NCBI GenBank assembly: GCA_963744705.1
Contig: CAVUUX010000003.1
Location: forward strand, 194,706 to 258,705
Origin: Ilumatobacteraceae bacterium
Lineage (GTDB): Bacteria > Actinomycetota > Acidimicrobiia > Acidimicrobiales > Ilumatobacteraceae
Length of the DNA: 64,000 bases
Reading direction: 5' to 3'
Shown: positions 9,993-18,214 of the stretch, in pieces
How the letters are laid out: each line of letters starts with the position of its first letter
How positions within the stretch are numbered: position 1 is the stretch's first letter
Made by a program: the position numbers and the translations under genes
The notes under the pieces: generated by a model
What the model saw: the letters and a program-made list of their open reading frames with translations, nothing else
What the model was told of the DNA's origin: nothing
The model's database searches: none

Positions 9993-10308
9993 CGCCGGTG
10001 CTGTTCGTCCTCGCCGCCGGCGCCGGAGCGCTCGGACGTCATCTCGTCGGGCAGTACGCGTGCTCGTGGATCGCGCTGCTGTGGGTCAACACGATCGGTG
10101 CAGGACTGCTCGGCCTGCTGGCCGCATCCGAGCCTGTCGCCGGAGGCGCTCACCGATTCTCGGCGTCGGCTTCTGTGGCGCGCTCACGACGTTCTCGTCG
10201 TTCGCACTGGAGACACGCTCCCTCGGCTGGCGCTGGGGCACCGTGTACGCGCTCGGCACCGTGGCGGCCACCTGCTCGGCAGCGTCGCTCGCCTCCACCT
10301 TCGTCTGA
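9989..10308 (+). pseudogene. crcB: Fluoride ion channel CrcB (second of the pair); one frame break
   Basis: ATG 9989 gives [23 protein letters not shown]...[16 protein letters not shown] break near 10150 leads into ORF 9931..10308, which reads [23 protein letters not shown]...[11 protein letters not shown]. Confidence 0.75.
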
Positions 10309-10311
10309 TCG

Positions 10312-10340
10312 TCGCGATCGGGGTCTGACCCCAATCGCGA
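10312..10340. terminator. Palindrome TCGCGATCGGGG-TCTGA-CCCCAATCGCGA between convergent crcB and P450 genes
   Basis: 12-bp stem with one wobble. The same arm sequence and loop occur at 18166-18195. Confidence 0.65.
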
Positions 10341-10344
10341 TGAA

Positions 10345-11732
10345 TCAGTCGGCGACTTCGAGGATGCGGACAGGGAGTTCGCGGGGACCGCGGATCTGGC
10401 CGACGCTCCAGCGGGTGTCACCGGCGAGTTCGAAGCGCGGGAAGCGCTTGATGAACTCCTCGATGGCAACCTTCAGCTCCAGGCGGGCGAGGTTCGAGCC
10501 CAGGCACCGGTGGATACCGAGACCGAACGCCGCGTGGCGGTTCTCCTCACGGTCGACGATGAAGGTGTCGGGATCCTCGAACTTCTTCGGATCACGGTTG
10601 GCGGCCGGGAACGGCAGCAGCACCCAGTCGTCCTTCTTCATCGGGCAGCCGTGGAAGTCGTTGTCCTTGGCGACCAGCCGGGCCATCGTCACCGGTGCGT
10701 AGGCACGGAGGAACTCCTCGAGCGCGAACGTCATCACCTCGGGATCGTCGAGCAGACGCTGGTGATCCTCGGGATGCTGGGCGAGGTGCCACAGCGACGA
10801 ACCGATCGCCGACCAGGTGGTGTCGATACCGGCGACGAGCAGCAGGATGACCATGCCGCCGACGACGTCGTCGTCGAGCTTGTTGCCGTCGAGTTCGACG
10901 TTCATCAGGAAGCTCGTGAGGTCGTCGCGAGGGTTCTCGCGATGCTCGTCGATCTGCTGCTGGATGTAGGCGCCGAGGTCGTCCATGCCGTCACGGGTGC
11001 CGGGCTCCTCGTTGATCCGCTCGAGCACGTCGTGGACGAACGTGCGGAACAACTCCTCGTCCTTCTCCGGGAAGCCGAGCATCCGCCCGATGACGTTGAC
11101 CGGGATGTTCTGTGCGTACTGCACCGCGGCGTCGACGACGGATCTCACCGGGGGTGATCTCGCCCATCTCGTCGAGCAGCTTCTGGCACAGCCGCTGGAT
11201 CTCGGGCTCCCACGGCTCGATCATCTTCGGCGCGAAGGCCGGAAGGAGCAGACGACGGGCGATGTTGTGGAACGGTGGATCGCTGGTGATCGGCGGGGCG
11301 CCACCGATCGGGGCCGGCAGCGCCCGATCGCCGGGCCGGCCGACGCTGACCACGACCGAGCGGCTCGTGAAGTTGTCGGTGTCGTAGGCGATCTCGGTGA
11401 CGGTGTCGTTGGTCAGCGGGACCCACATGCCGCCGTAACGGTCGGAGTGGGCGACGGGGCAACCACCTTCGCGCAGCTCCTTCCAGACCTCGGGCGCCTT
11501 GGGGTTGTACGCCGGGTCGGCGTGGTCGAAGTCGGTGCGGAAGTCGCTCGACCGGGCCGTAGTCGTCGAGGTCGTACGGCACGCGCTGCCAGATGTCGGT
11601 GCCCTCGGGGCTGCTTCCGATGACGACGTCGTACGTCTCGCCCTTGCGCTCGACGGTGATGATCTTGTTGCCGGTGGCTTCGTCGATCCGAACGACGGGT
11701 TCGCTCGTGGACGGATTGATGGTGTCGGTCAT
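10345..11732 (-). pseudogene. Cytochrome P450; two frame breaks
   Basis: ORF 10345..11148 holds the I-helix LLVAGIDTTWSAI, the EEFLRAYAP (ExxR) motif and the haem loop [17 protein letters not shown] 10991..11428 gives MWVPLTNDTV...PPITSDPPFHNIARRLLLPAFAP. The N-terminus comes from ATG 11732 (MTDTINPSTSEPVVRIDEATGNKIITVERKGETYDVVIGS...DLDDYG). Breaks lie near 11145 and 11545. Confidence 0.88.
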
Positions 11733-11733
11733 G

Positions 11734-11934
11734 TCAGCCGTTCTCCGTGATGGTGATCGCGTACTCGGGACAGTTGGACGCAGCAAGGCGGGCCTTGTCC
11801 TGCAACTCCTCGGGGACGTCGCCTTCGACGAGCAGCATGGCCTGGCCATAGTCGTCGACGTCGAACAATTCCGGCGCCAACGCGTAGCAACGGTTGTGGC
11901 CCTGGCACTTCTCTGCATCGAGGTGGACTCGCAT
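11734..11934 (-). CDS. Small ferredoxin (P450 redox partner type)
   Basis: MRVHLDAEKCQGHNRCYALAPELFDVDDYGQAMLLVEGDVPEELQDKARLAASNCPEYAITITENG, 66 aa. It ends 2 nt before the P450 ATG. Confidence 0.85.
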   Translation of the reverse strand: MRVHLDAEKCQGHNRCYALAPELFDVDDYGQAMLLVEGDVPEELQDKARLAASNCPEYAITITENG

Positions 11935-12004
11935 ATTTTCCGACTGTAGAGGCCAGAGTGGGGTCGTGACCAGCGCCGGGGCGACTTTTTCGAACATTGT
12001 TCCA

Positions 12005-12691
12005 ATGCTGCTGCTGCCGCCGTCGGAGGGGAAGGCGCAGGGAGGCAGCTCACGGCGTGCCGGCTGGACCCCCGAGTCCGGCGCATTCGGCTCCCGACTC
12101 TCCGATCGTCGGATCGCCGTCGTCGAAGCGCTCGCCTCCATCGGCGGTGGCGACGAGAAACTTCTCGGCGTGAAGGGCGAGTACCTCCTGCGCGCCCAAT
12201 CCGCCAACAGCTCGCTGATCGGAGCGGCGACCTTGCCGGCATGGCAGCGCTACACCGGCGTCGTCTGGGACCACCTCGAGCCCGGCACGCTCCCCGCGGC
12301 CGCCCGCAGGCAGATCGTCGTCGTGTCGGGCCTGCTCGGATTGGTGCGCGCCGACGACCTGATCCCCGACTACCGGTTGAAGATGGGTGCCAACCTGCGC
12401 CCGCTCGGCAAGCTCTCGACGTGGTGGCGCGACGATCTCTCAGCGGAGCTCCGCCGGGTGGCGCGGCGGCGGTTCGTGGTCGACCTGCTCCCCCAGGAAC
12501 ATCGCGCCGCGCTCGATCTCGACGGCCTGGACGGCGTGGTACTGACGCTCGTCGACCCCACCGGCAGACCCGGCGGCCACTTCGCCAAGGCCGCCAAGGG
12601 CGAACTCGCCCGGGCGATCCTGACCGACGGCCTCGGCGTGCTCGACACGTGGCACCACCCCCGGTTCGACCTCGCCATCACCCCGCTCTGA
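12005..12691 (+). CDS. yaaA: Peroxide stress protein YaaA (UPF0246/DUF328)
   Basis: MLLLPPSEGK...LPAWQRYTGVVWDHL...LSGLLGLVRADDLIPDYRLKMG...WWRD...HFAKAAKGELAR. Intact. Confidence 0.8.
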   Translation: MLLLPPSEGKAQGGSSRRAGWTPESGAFGSRLSDRRIAVVEALASIGGGDEKLLGVKGEYLLRAQSANSSLIGAATLPAWQRYTGVVWDHLEPGTLPAAARRQIVVVSGLLGLVRADDLIPDYRLKMGANLRPLGKLSTWWRDDLSAELRRVARRRFVVDLLPQEHRAALDLDGLDGVVLTLVDPTGRPGGHFAKAAKGELARAILTDGLGVLDTWHHPRFDLAITPL

Positions 12692-12698
12692 CTCCGCT

Positions 12699-12800
12699 CC
12701 GATGAGGTTGGAACGGCCGCACAACGAGGGCGTGCACCGGAACCTCATCACACGCCACCCGATGAGGTTGTGGCGCGACAGGTGCACCGAAACCTCATCG
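12699..12800. repeat. Two tandem hairpin repeats (GATGAGGTT ... AACCTCATC) between convergent yaaA and MFS genes
   Basis: Copy 1 has arms at 12701-12709 and 12741-12749. Copy 2 has arms at 12761-12769 and 12791-12799. The shared core ...GGCGCGACAGGT...AAC(C)TCATCGCAGGG also matches the reverse complement of the 20763-20879 repeats. Confidence 0.7.
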
Positions 12801-12813
12801 CAGGGGGTGGTGG

Positions 12814-13992
12814 TCAGCGGCGAACGAGTGTGGTGAGGAACATCGCGAGGATCGAGGGGAGCACGACGATCGCCATGGCCTGGCCGACATCGAAGCTCGA
12901 CGAGTTCGCGAGCGCGCCGACGACGAGGGGCGTCACCACGCCGGCACCGCGCTGGCCGACGAGCATGAACGCGAAGCCCGAACCCGGCGGCCCGGGAGCG
13001 CGGGCGGCACGGTCGTACAACTGCGGGAACAGGACCGACGTACCGAGCCCGCCGACCAGGAACCCGACGATCGCCACCGGCACGCTCGGTACGAGCATCG
13101 CGAGGACCGCGCCGACGCCCATGATGACCGTGGAGATCCGGATCAGTCGAACAGGACCGACGCGCACCTGGACCCAGTCGCCGCTGAGCCGCCCGACCGT
13201 CATCCCCCCGGTGAACGCGAGGAAGGCGAGACCCGCCACCCCGGGGGCTGCTCCCAGATCGTCGCCGAGCCTGAACGACGACCAGTCGCCGTTCGTGATC
13301 TCGATCGCCATGGCAGCCGCACCGCCCACCGCGAGGAGCATCGCTGCGATGTCCAGTCGACCGAGATGGGTCCGTCCCTGGATGGCGGCGGCCTCCTCGT
13401 CGAGTTCCGGGGCCTCGTCACGATGCAGGAGGCCGGGTGCCACGAACAGCAGGGAACCGATGAGCACCAGCGCGACGAACGTCAGCTGCACCTCGGTACT
13501 GACTCCGGCACGCAGCAGCACGACGGTGAGGATGCCGCCGGCAACGGATCCGAGGCTCCACAACCCGTGCAGTCGGTTCATCACCGGCGTGTGCCGCCGC
13601 GCGCTCAGCGCCGACCCCTGCACGTTCATCGCCACGTCGATGAAGATGTCGAAGAACAGCAGCACGAACAGTGCGACGGCCAGCACGACCGCAGACGTCG
13701 CGAACCCGATGATCGGCAGGAACCCGATCGACATCACGGCGCCGTAGATCATCACCCGGCGACTCCCGATCCGAGCGGTCACGCGCCCGGCGAAGACCGA
13801 GCCGATCAGGCTGGCGATGCTCGCCACGGTCAGCACGAGACCGAGCGTTCCGATCGAGATGCCGACCTGGTCGCGGATCTCGGGCAGCCGCGGGATGATC
13901 GTTGCGTAGGTGGCGCCGTTGGCGAAGAACTGCACACCGACCGACTTCAGCGCCCGCCGGTCGACGGCCTCGTCGTGCGTGGAGGTGCTCAT
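12814..13992 (-). CDS. MFS transporter
   Basis: Intact 392-aa ORF with about 12 hydrophobic segments and an MFS-type loop GRVTARIGSRRV. Confidence 0.85.
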   Translation of the reverse strand: MSTSTHDEAVDRRALKSVGVQFFANGATYATIIPRLPEIRDQVGISIGTLGLVLTVASIASLIGSVFAGRVTARIGSRRVMIYGAVMSIGFLPIIGFATSAVVLAVALFVLLFFDIFIDVAMNVQGSALSARRHTPVMNRLHGLWSLGSVAGGILTVVLLRAGVSTEVQLTFVALVLIGSLLFVAPGLLHRDEAPELDEEAAAIQGRTHLGRLDIAAMLLAVGGAAAMAIEITNGDWSSFRLGDDLGAAPGVAGLAFLAFTGGMTVGRLSGDWVQVRVGPVRLIRISTVIMGVGAVLAMLVPSVPVAIVGFLVGGLGTSVLFPQLYDRAARAPGPPGSGFAFMLVGQRGAGVVTPLVVGALANSSSFDVGQAMAIVVLPSILAMFLTTLVRR

Positions 13993-14008
13993 GCTGACGC
14001 CGACCGGA

Positions 14009-15283
14009 TCAGAGACCGGCGGCGGCGTCGCTGCCGGTCACGTCGACGACCGCACTGATCGGACGGCCCGCACCCACCACCGCAGCGAGCGGACCCCCGC
14101 GCACCGTTGCCGACGTGAGTACGACGAACTCGGTCCCCGGCATCGCCTCGGCAGCCACGGCCGCCTTGGCGATGACGCGCCAGACGGCGTCGATGCGACT
14201 CAGGCCCGGCCGGGCCGGCGTGTGCGTACCGCCGAGTTCGAAGAGTTTGACCACACCGTCCGGGCTCGTCGCGCGGAAGCTGACCGTGACTCCCGGAGCA
14301 ACCCTGACGTTCTCGTCGACGTCGCGGTACCCCGCGGCATCGAGCAGCGTGCGTGCCATCTCCTTGAGCGTGCGCCGATCGCGAGGTGCCGCGGGCACCA
14401 TCGACTCGATGCGTTCCCGAGCCCGACGGACGTACCCCGCGTCGGTGTCGTAGCCGATGTAGTGACGGCCGGTGTTGACGGCCGCGACCGCGGTGGTACC
14501 CGAGCCCATGAACGGGTCGAGGACGACGTCGCCGTCGTAGGTGAGCAGCTGGATGCACCGCTCGACGAGCGCCACCGGGAACGGAGCGGGATGACCGACA
14601 CGGGTGGCGCTCTCGGCAGGGATCTCCCAGACGTCGAGCGTCGCCTCCATGAACTCGTCGCCGGGGATCGTCGCCACCCCGGGGTCTCCCGGCGCGGCCG
14701 AACCTCGCCCGACACGGTCGAAGCGTCCCTTGCTGGCGATGATCAACCGTTCGGTCGTGTCGCGCAGCACCGGGTTGGCCGGCGACTGGTAGGAGCCCCA
14801 TGCACACGATCCGCTGGCACCGCGCTGCTTCTGCCAGACGACCTCGCCGCGCAGCAGCAGGCGAAGATCGTCCTGGAGGATGGTGATGACGTCGGCGGCG
14901 AGGCTGCGGTACGGACGGCGCCCGAGGTTGGCGACGTTGACGGCGAGGCGGCCACCCGGCTCCAGCACGCGGACACACTCGGCCAGCACGTCGCGCAGCA
15001 TCGTGAGGTAGTCGATGTAGTCGCCGGGGACGTGCCCCTCACCGAGCGCCGTCTCGTACTCCTTGCCGGCGAAGTACGGCGGCGACGTGACGACGAGCGC
15101 GACCGACGCGTCGGGCACCTGCGACATGTCGCGTGCGTCACCGACGTGGATGACGTCGAGCTCGCCGGGTTCGCCGAGGTCGTCGTCGTCACTGATCTCG
15201 GGCGCGGCGAAGCGCGCGTAGAAGTCGGTCGAGTCGTGCGACTCGCGCTTGCCGACACCGAAGGACGAGGTGGACGTGCCCAT
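14009..15283 (-). CDS. Site-specific DNA methyltransferase, beta class (N4-cytosine or N6-adenine), with about 135-aa uncharacterised C-terminal domain
   Basis: ATG 15283 gives MGTSTSSFGVGKRESHDSTDFY... Motif IV is ALVVTSPPYFAGKEY and motif I is VVLDPFMGSGTTAVAA, so the order IV then I indicates the beta class. The extra tail is TLKEMARTLLDAAGYRDVDENVRVAPGVTVSFRATSPDGVVKLFELGG... Intact. No nuclease gene is adjacent. Confidence 0.85.
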   Translation of the reverse strand: MGTSTSSFGVGKRESHDSTDFYARFAAPEISDDDDLGEPGELDVIHVGDARDMSQVPDASVALVVTSPPYFAGKEYETALGEGHVPGDYIDYLTMLRDVLAECVRVLEPGGRLAVNVANLGRRPYRSLAADVITILQDDLRLLLRGEVVWQKQRGASGSCAWGSYQSPANPVLRDTTERLIIASKGRFDRVGRGSAAPGDPGVATIPGDEFMEATLDVWEIPAESATRVGHPAPFPVALVERCIQLLTYDGDVVLDPFMGSGTTAVAAVNTGRHYIGYDTDAGYVRRARERIESMVPAAPRDRRTLKEMARTLLDAAGYRDVDENVRVAPGVTVSFRATSPDGVVKLFELGGTHTPARPGLSRIDAVWRVIAKAAVAAEAMPGTEFVVLTSATVRGGPLAAVVGAGRPISAVVDVTGSDAAAGL

Positions 15284-16143
15284 CAGGCCGTCAGTCCTCC
15301 GACACGTTGATCGGTCGGATTGACGCCGTCGGCAGCCCGCTGGACGCGCGCGACGGAGGCCTCCCGGGTGGAGTCGTGCGTGAGGATCCAGAACCGGCCG
15401 GCCTTGATCGCAGCGACCACGTCGGCAGCGACCTGGCTCGCCGGGATCCCACCGTCGACGCCGGCCCTCAGCGCCTGGTTGATCAACTGCGCCATGGGCG
15501 AATCGACGGCCTCGGGCTCCTTGCCCATCAGATCGGTCTTCACGAACTCGGGGCAGAGCACGCTGGCGCCGACGGGCGAACCGAGAATCGCGAGTTCGAG
15601 GAACAGGCTCTCGCTCAGTCCGACGACGGCGTGCTTGCTCGCGACGTAGGGCGCGATCCCCGGCGCACCGTTCAGTCCGGCGTGAGACGCCGTGCTGACG
15701 ATGTGGCCGACGCCCTGCTCCTGCATGACAGGCAGCGCGGCACGGATGCCGTAGACGACGCCGAGCACGTTGACGTCGAGCACGCGATGCCACAGTTCGA
15801 CCGGGTCGGTCCAGGCGTCGCCGACTCCACCGATGCCGGCGTTGTTGAACATCACGTGGACGCCGCCGAACTGTTCGACGGCGTACTCGATCAGGGCGTT
15901 CACCTCGGCCTCGACGGTGGTGTTGCACACCATCGTGGCCACCGATGCCCCGTTCTCGCTGAGTCGTGCCTCGACGTCGCGCAGCCTGGGTGCATCGATG
16001 TCTGCCAGCACCACGCTCATGCCCTCGGCGATCAGCGCTTCGGCAACGGCGAGGCCGATCCCGCTCGCCCCGCCGGTGATGACAGCGACGTTGCCGGGCG
16101 CGATGGCGGGCGGACGCGCCTGTGCAGTCTGCGAGTCGGACAT
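15283..16143 (-). CDS. Short-chain dehydrogenase/reductase (SDR)
   Basis: VAVITGGASGIGLAVA, NNAGIGG, YVASKHAVVGLS. Intact. Its TGA overlaps the methyltransferase ATG (TGATG at 15281-15285). Confidence 0.88.
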   Translation of the reverse strand: MSDSQTAQARPPAIAPGNVAVITGGASGIGLAVAEALIAEGMSVVLADIDAPRLRDVEARLSENGASVATMVCNTTVEAEVNALIEYAVEQFGGVHVMFNNAGIGGVGDAWTDPVELWHRVLDVNVLGVVYGIRAALPVMQEQGVGHIVSTASHAGLNGAPGIAPYVASKHAVVGLSESLFLELAILGSPVGASVLCPEFVKTDLMGKEPEAVDSPMAQLINQALRAGVDGGIPASQVAADVVAAIKAGRFWILTHDSTREASVARVQRAADGVNPTDQRVGGLTA

Positions 16144-16202
16144 CGCCCAAATCTAGACGGGCACGGCGGTGCCGGAACGTGACAGCTACCGTTGACGGCG
16201 CC

Positions 16203-18150
16203 ATGGCCTACCGCTACCTCTGGTCTCCCCTCCAGCTCGGCCCCGTCGAGGTGCGCAACCGGATCGTGTTCTCCGCGCACCTCACGAACTACGCGCGCAA
16301 CGGTCTGCCCACCGAGCAGCACGCGGCCTACTACGCGGCGCGGGCGGCCGGCGGCACCGGGCTGATCATCACCGAGGAGCACTCGACCCATCCGACCGAC
16401 TGGCCCTACGAGAAGCTGATCCACGGCTTCCACCGCGAGGTGATCCCCGGGTACCGCAGGATCACCGAGGCCGTGCACCGCCACCGGGTGCCGATCTTCG
16501 CCCAGATCAACCACAACGGCGGCCAGGCGTCGTCGATGTACTCGCGCCTGCCGGTGTGGGGGCCGTCGCCGGTGGCCGACCCGCTGTTCCGCGAGGTGCC
16601 CAAGGCCGTCACACAGGCCGAGATCGACGAGATCGTCGCCGGGCTACGCGCTCGTCGCCGAGCACTGCGCCGAGGGCGGCTTCGACGGCATCGAGCTGCA
16701 GTGCTCGCACAGCTCGATCGTGCGCGGCTTCCTCTCCCCCGCCACCAACCACCGCACCGACGACTACGGCGGCTCGCTGGAGAACCGGGCCCGGCTGCTC
16801 GTCGAGATCGTCGCGGCCGTCCGCAAGGAGATCGGCCGGGGCATGGCGCTCGGCGTGCGGATCTGCGGCGACGAGCTGATCGAGCACGGCACCACGATCG
16901 ACGACGCGGTCCGCATCGCCGAGATCGTCGAGGCCACCGGCCAGGTCGACTACATCAACACCTCGATCGGCGTCGCCACGGCGAGCCTGTTCATGATCGA
17001 GGCGTCGATGCACATCCCGCCCGGCTACGCGATGTTCATCCCCTCCGCGATCCGCAAGGCCGTCGACCTGCCGGTGGTCGGCGTGGGCCGGTTCAAGGAT
17101 CCGCTCCAGGCCGAGCGGGCGCTCGCGGAGGGTCACTGCGACCTCGTCGGCGTGGTGCGCGGCCAGATCGCCGATGCCGACTTCGTCGCGAAGGCGCGGG
17201 CCGGGTCCACCGACGAGATCCGGCTGTGCCTGTCGTGCAACCAGGAGTGCGTCGGCCGGATGGGCCTCAACCGCTGGCTCGGCTGCATCGAGAACCCGCG
17301 CACCGGCCGCGAGTCCGAGGGCGTCGGCACCGTGCGGCTCACGACGAAGCCGAAGTCGGTGATGGTGGTCGGCGCCGGACCGGCCGGGCTCCAGGCCGCG
17401 ATCGCCGCCCGCCGCAACGGCCATCAGGTGACCGTGTACGAGAAGGAGCCGGTCGCCGGCGGGCAGGTGCGCCTCGCGGCATCGGTGCCGAACCGGGCCG
17501 AGTTCGGCGACATGATCCGCAACCAGCTCACCGAGTGCCGGCGCCTCGGCGTCGAGTTCGAGTACGGCGTCGGCGTGTGGCCGGGCCTCGTCGAGGAGAA
17601 GCGCCCCGACCACGTGATCGTCGCCACCGGCGCCGAGCCGGCGCGGCCGTACTGGGTGCCCGCCGACGCCGACAACGTCGCCGACGTGCGCCAGGTGCTC
17701 GACGGATCGGTCGAGCCGTTCGGTGACGTCGTGGTGTTCGACGAGATCGGGTTCCACCACGCCACCTCGACCGCCGAGGTGCTCGCCGATCGCGGCTGCA
17801 ACGTCGAGATCATCACCCCGGGCATGGTCGTGGGCCAGGACCTCGGCATCACGCTCGACATGGAGAACTGGTGGATCCGCGCCGGCGAGAAGGGGATCGT
17901 GCAGACCACCGACCTCGTGCCGATGGGCATGGAGGGCCGCACGCTGAACCTGCTCCACCACCCGACCGGCACGAACGTCACCCGAGCCCCCGACTGGGTG
18001 GTGCTCGCCGTCCACGCCCACCCGGTCGAGTGGCTGTACCACGACCTGAAGGCGGCGGGCGTCAGCGTCGAGCGAGTCGGCGACTGCGTCGCCCCCCGCC
18101 GCGCCCACGCCGCCGTCGTCGAGGGCGAACGCGCCGGCGCCGCCGTCTGA
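16203..18150 (+). pseudogene. NADH:flavin oxidoreductase / 2,4-dienoyl-CoA reductase-like (OYE domain plus FAD/NAD(P) domain); one frame break
   Basis: ATG 16203 gives MAYRYLWSPLQLGPVEVRNRIVFSAH...IFAQINHNGGQ. A break near 16642 (apparent extra G in GCCGGGCTAC) leads into ORF 16720..18150. That ORF carries RGFLSPATNHRTDDYGGSLENR, the Fe-S motif CLSCNQECVGR and VMVVGAGPAGLQAA. Confidence 0.88.
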
Positions 18151-18165
18151 CGCCACGATTGAGGG

Positions 18166-18195
18166 TCGCGATCCGGGGTCTGACCCCGATCGCGA
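18166..18195. terminator. Palindrome TCGCGATCCGGGG-TCTGA-CCCCGATCGCGA downstream of the reductase gene
   Basis: Same arms and loop as 10312-10340, with one bulged C. Confidence 0.65.
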
Positions 18196-18214
18196 TGCGT
18201 GCCAGACTCGGCGG

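Noticed and set aside
15284-16204. N-terminal 307 codons of the 731-aa ORF 14009..16204
   Set aside because: This part overlaps the intact SDR gene in another frame and is Arg-rich nonsense. The methyltransferase starts at the internal ATG 15283, which overlaps the SDR stop.
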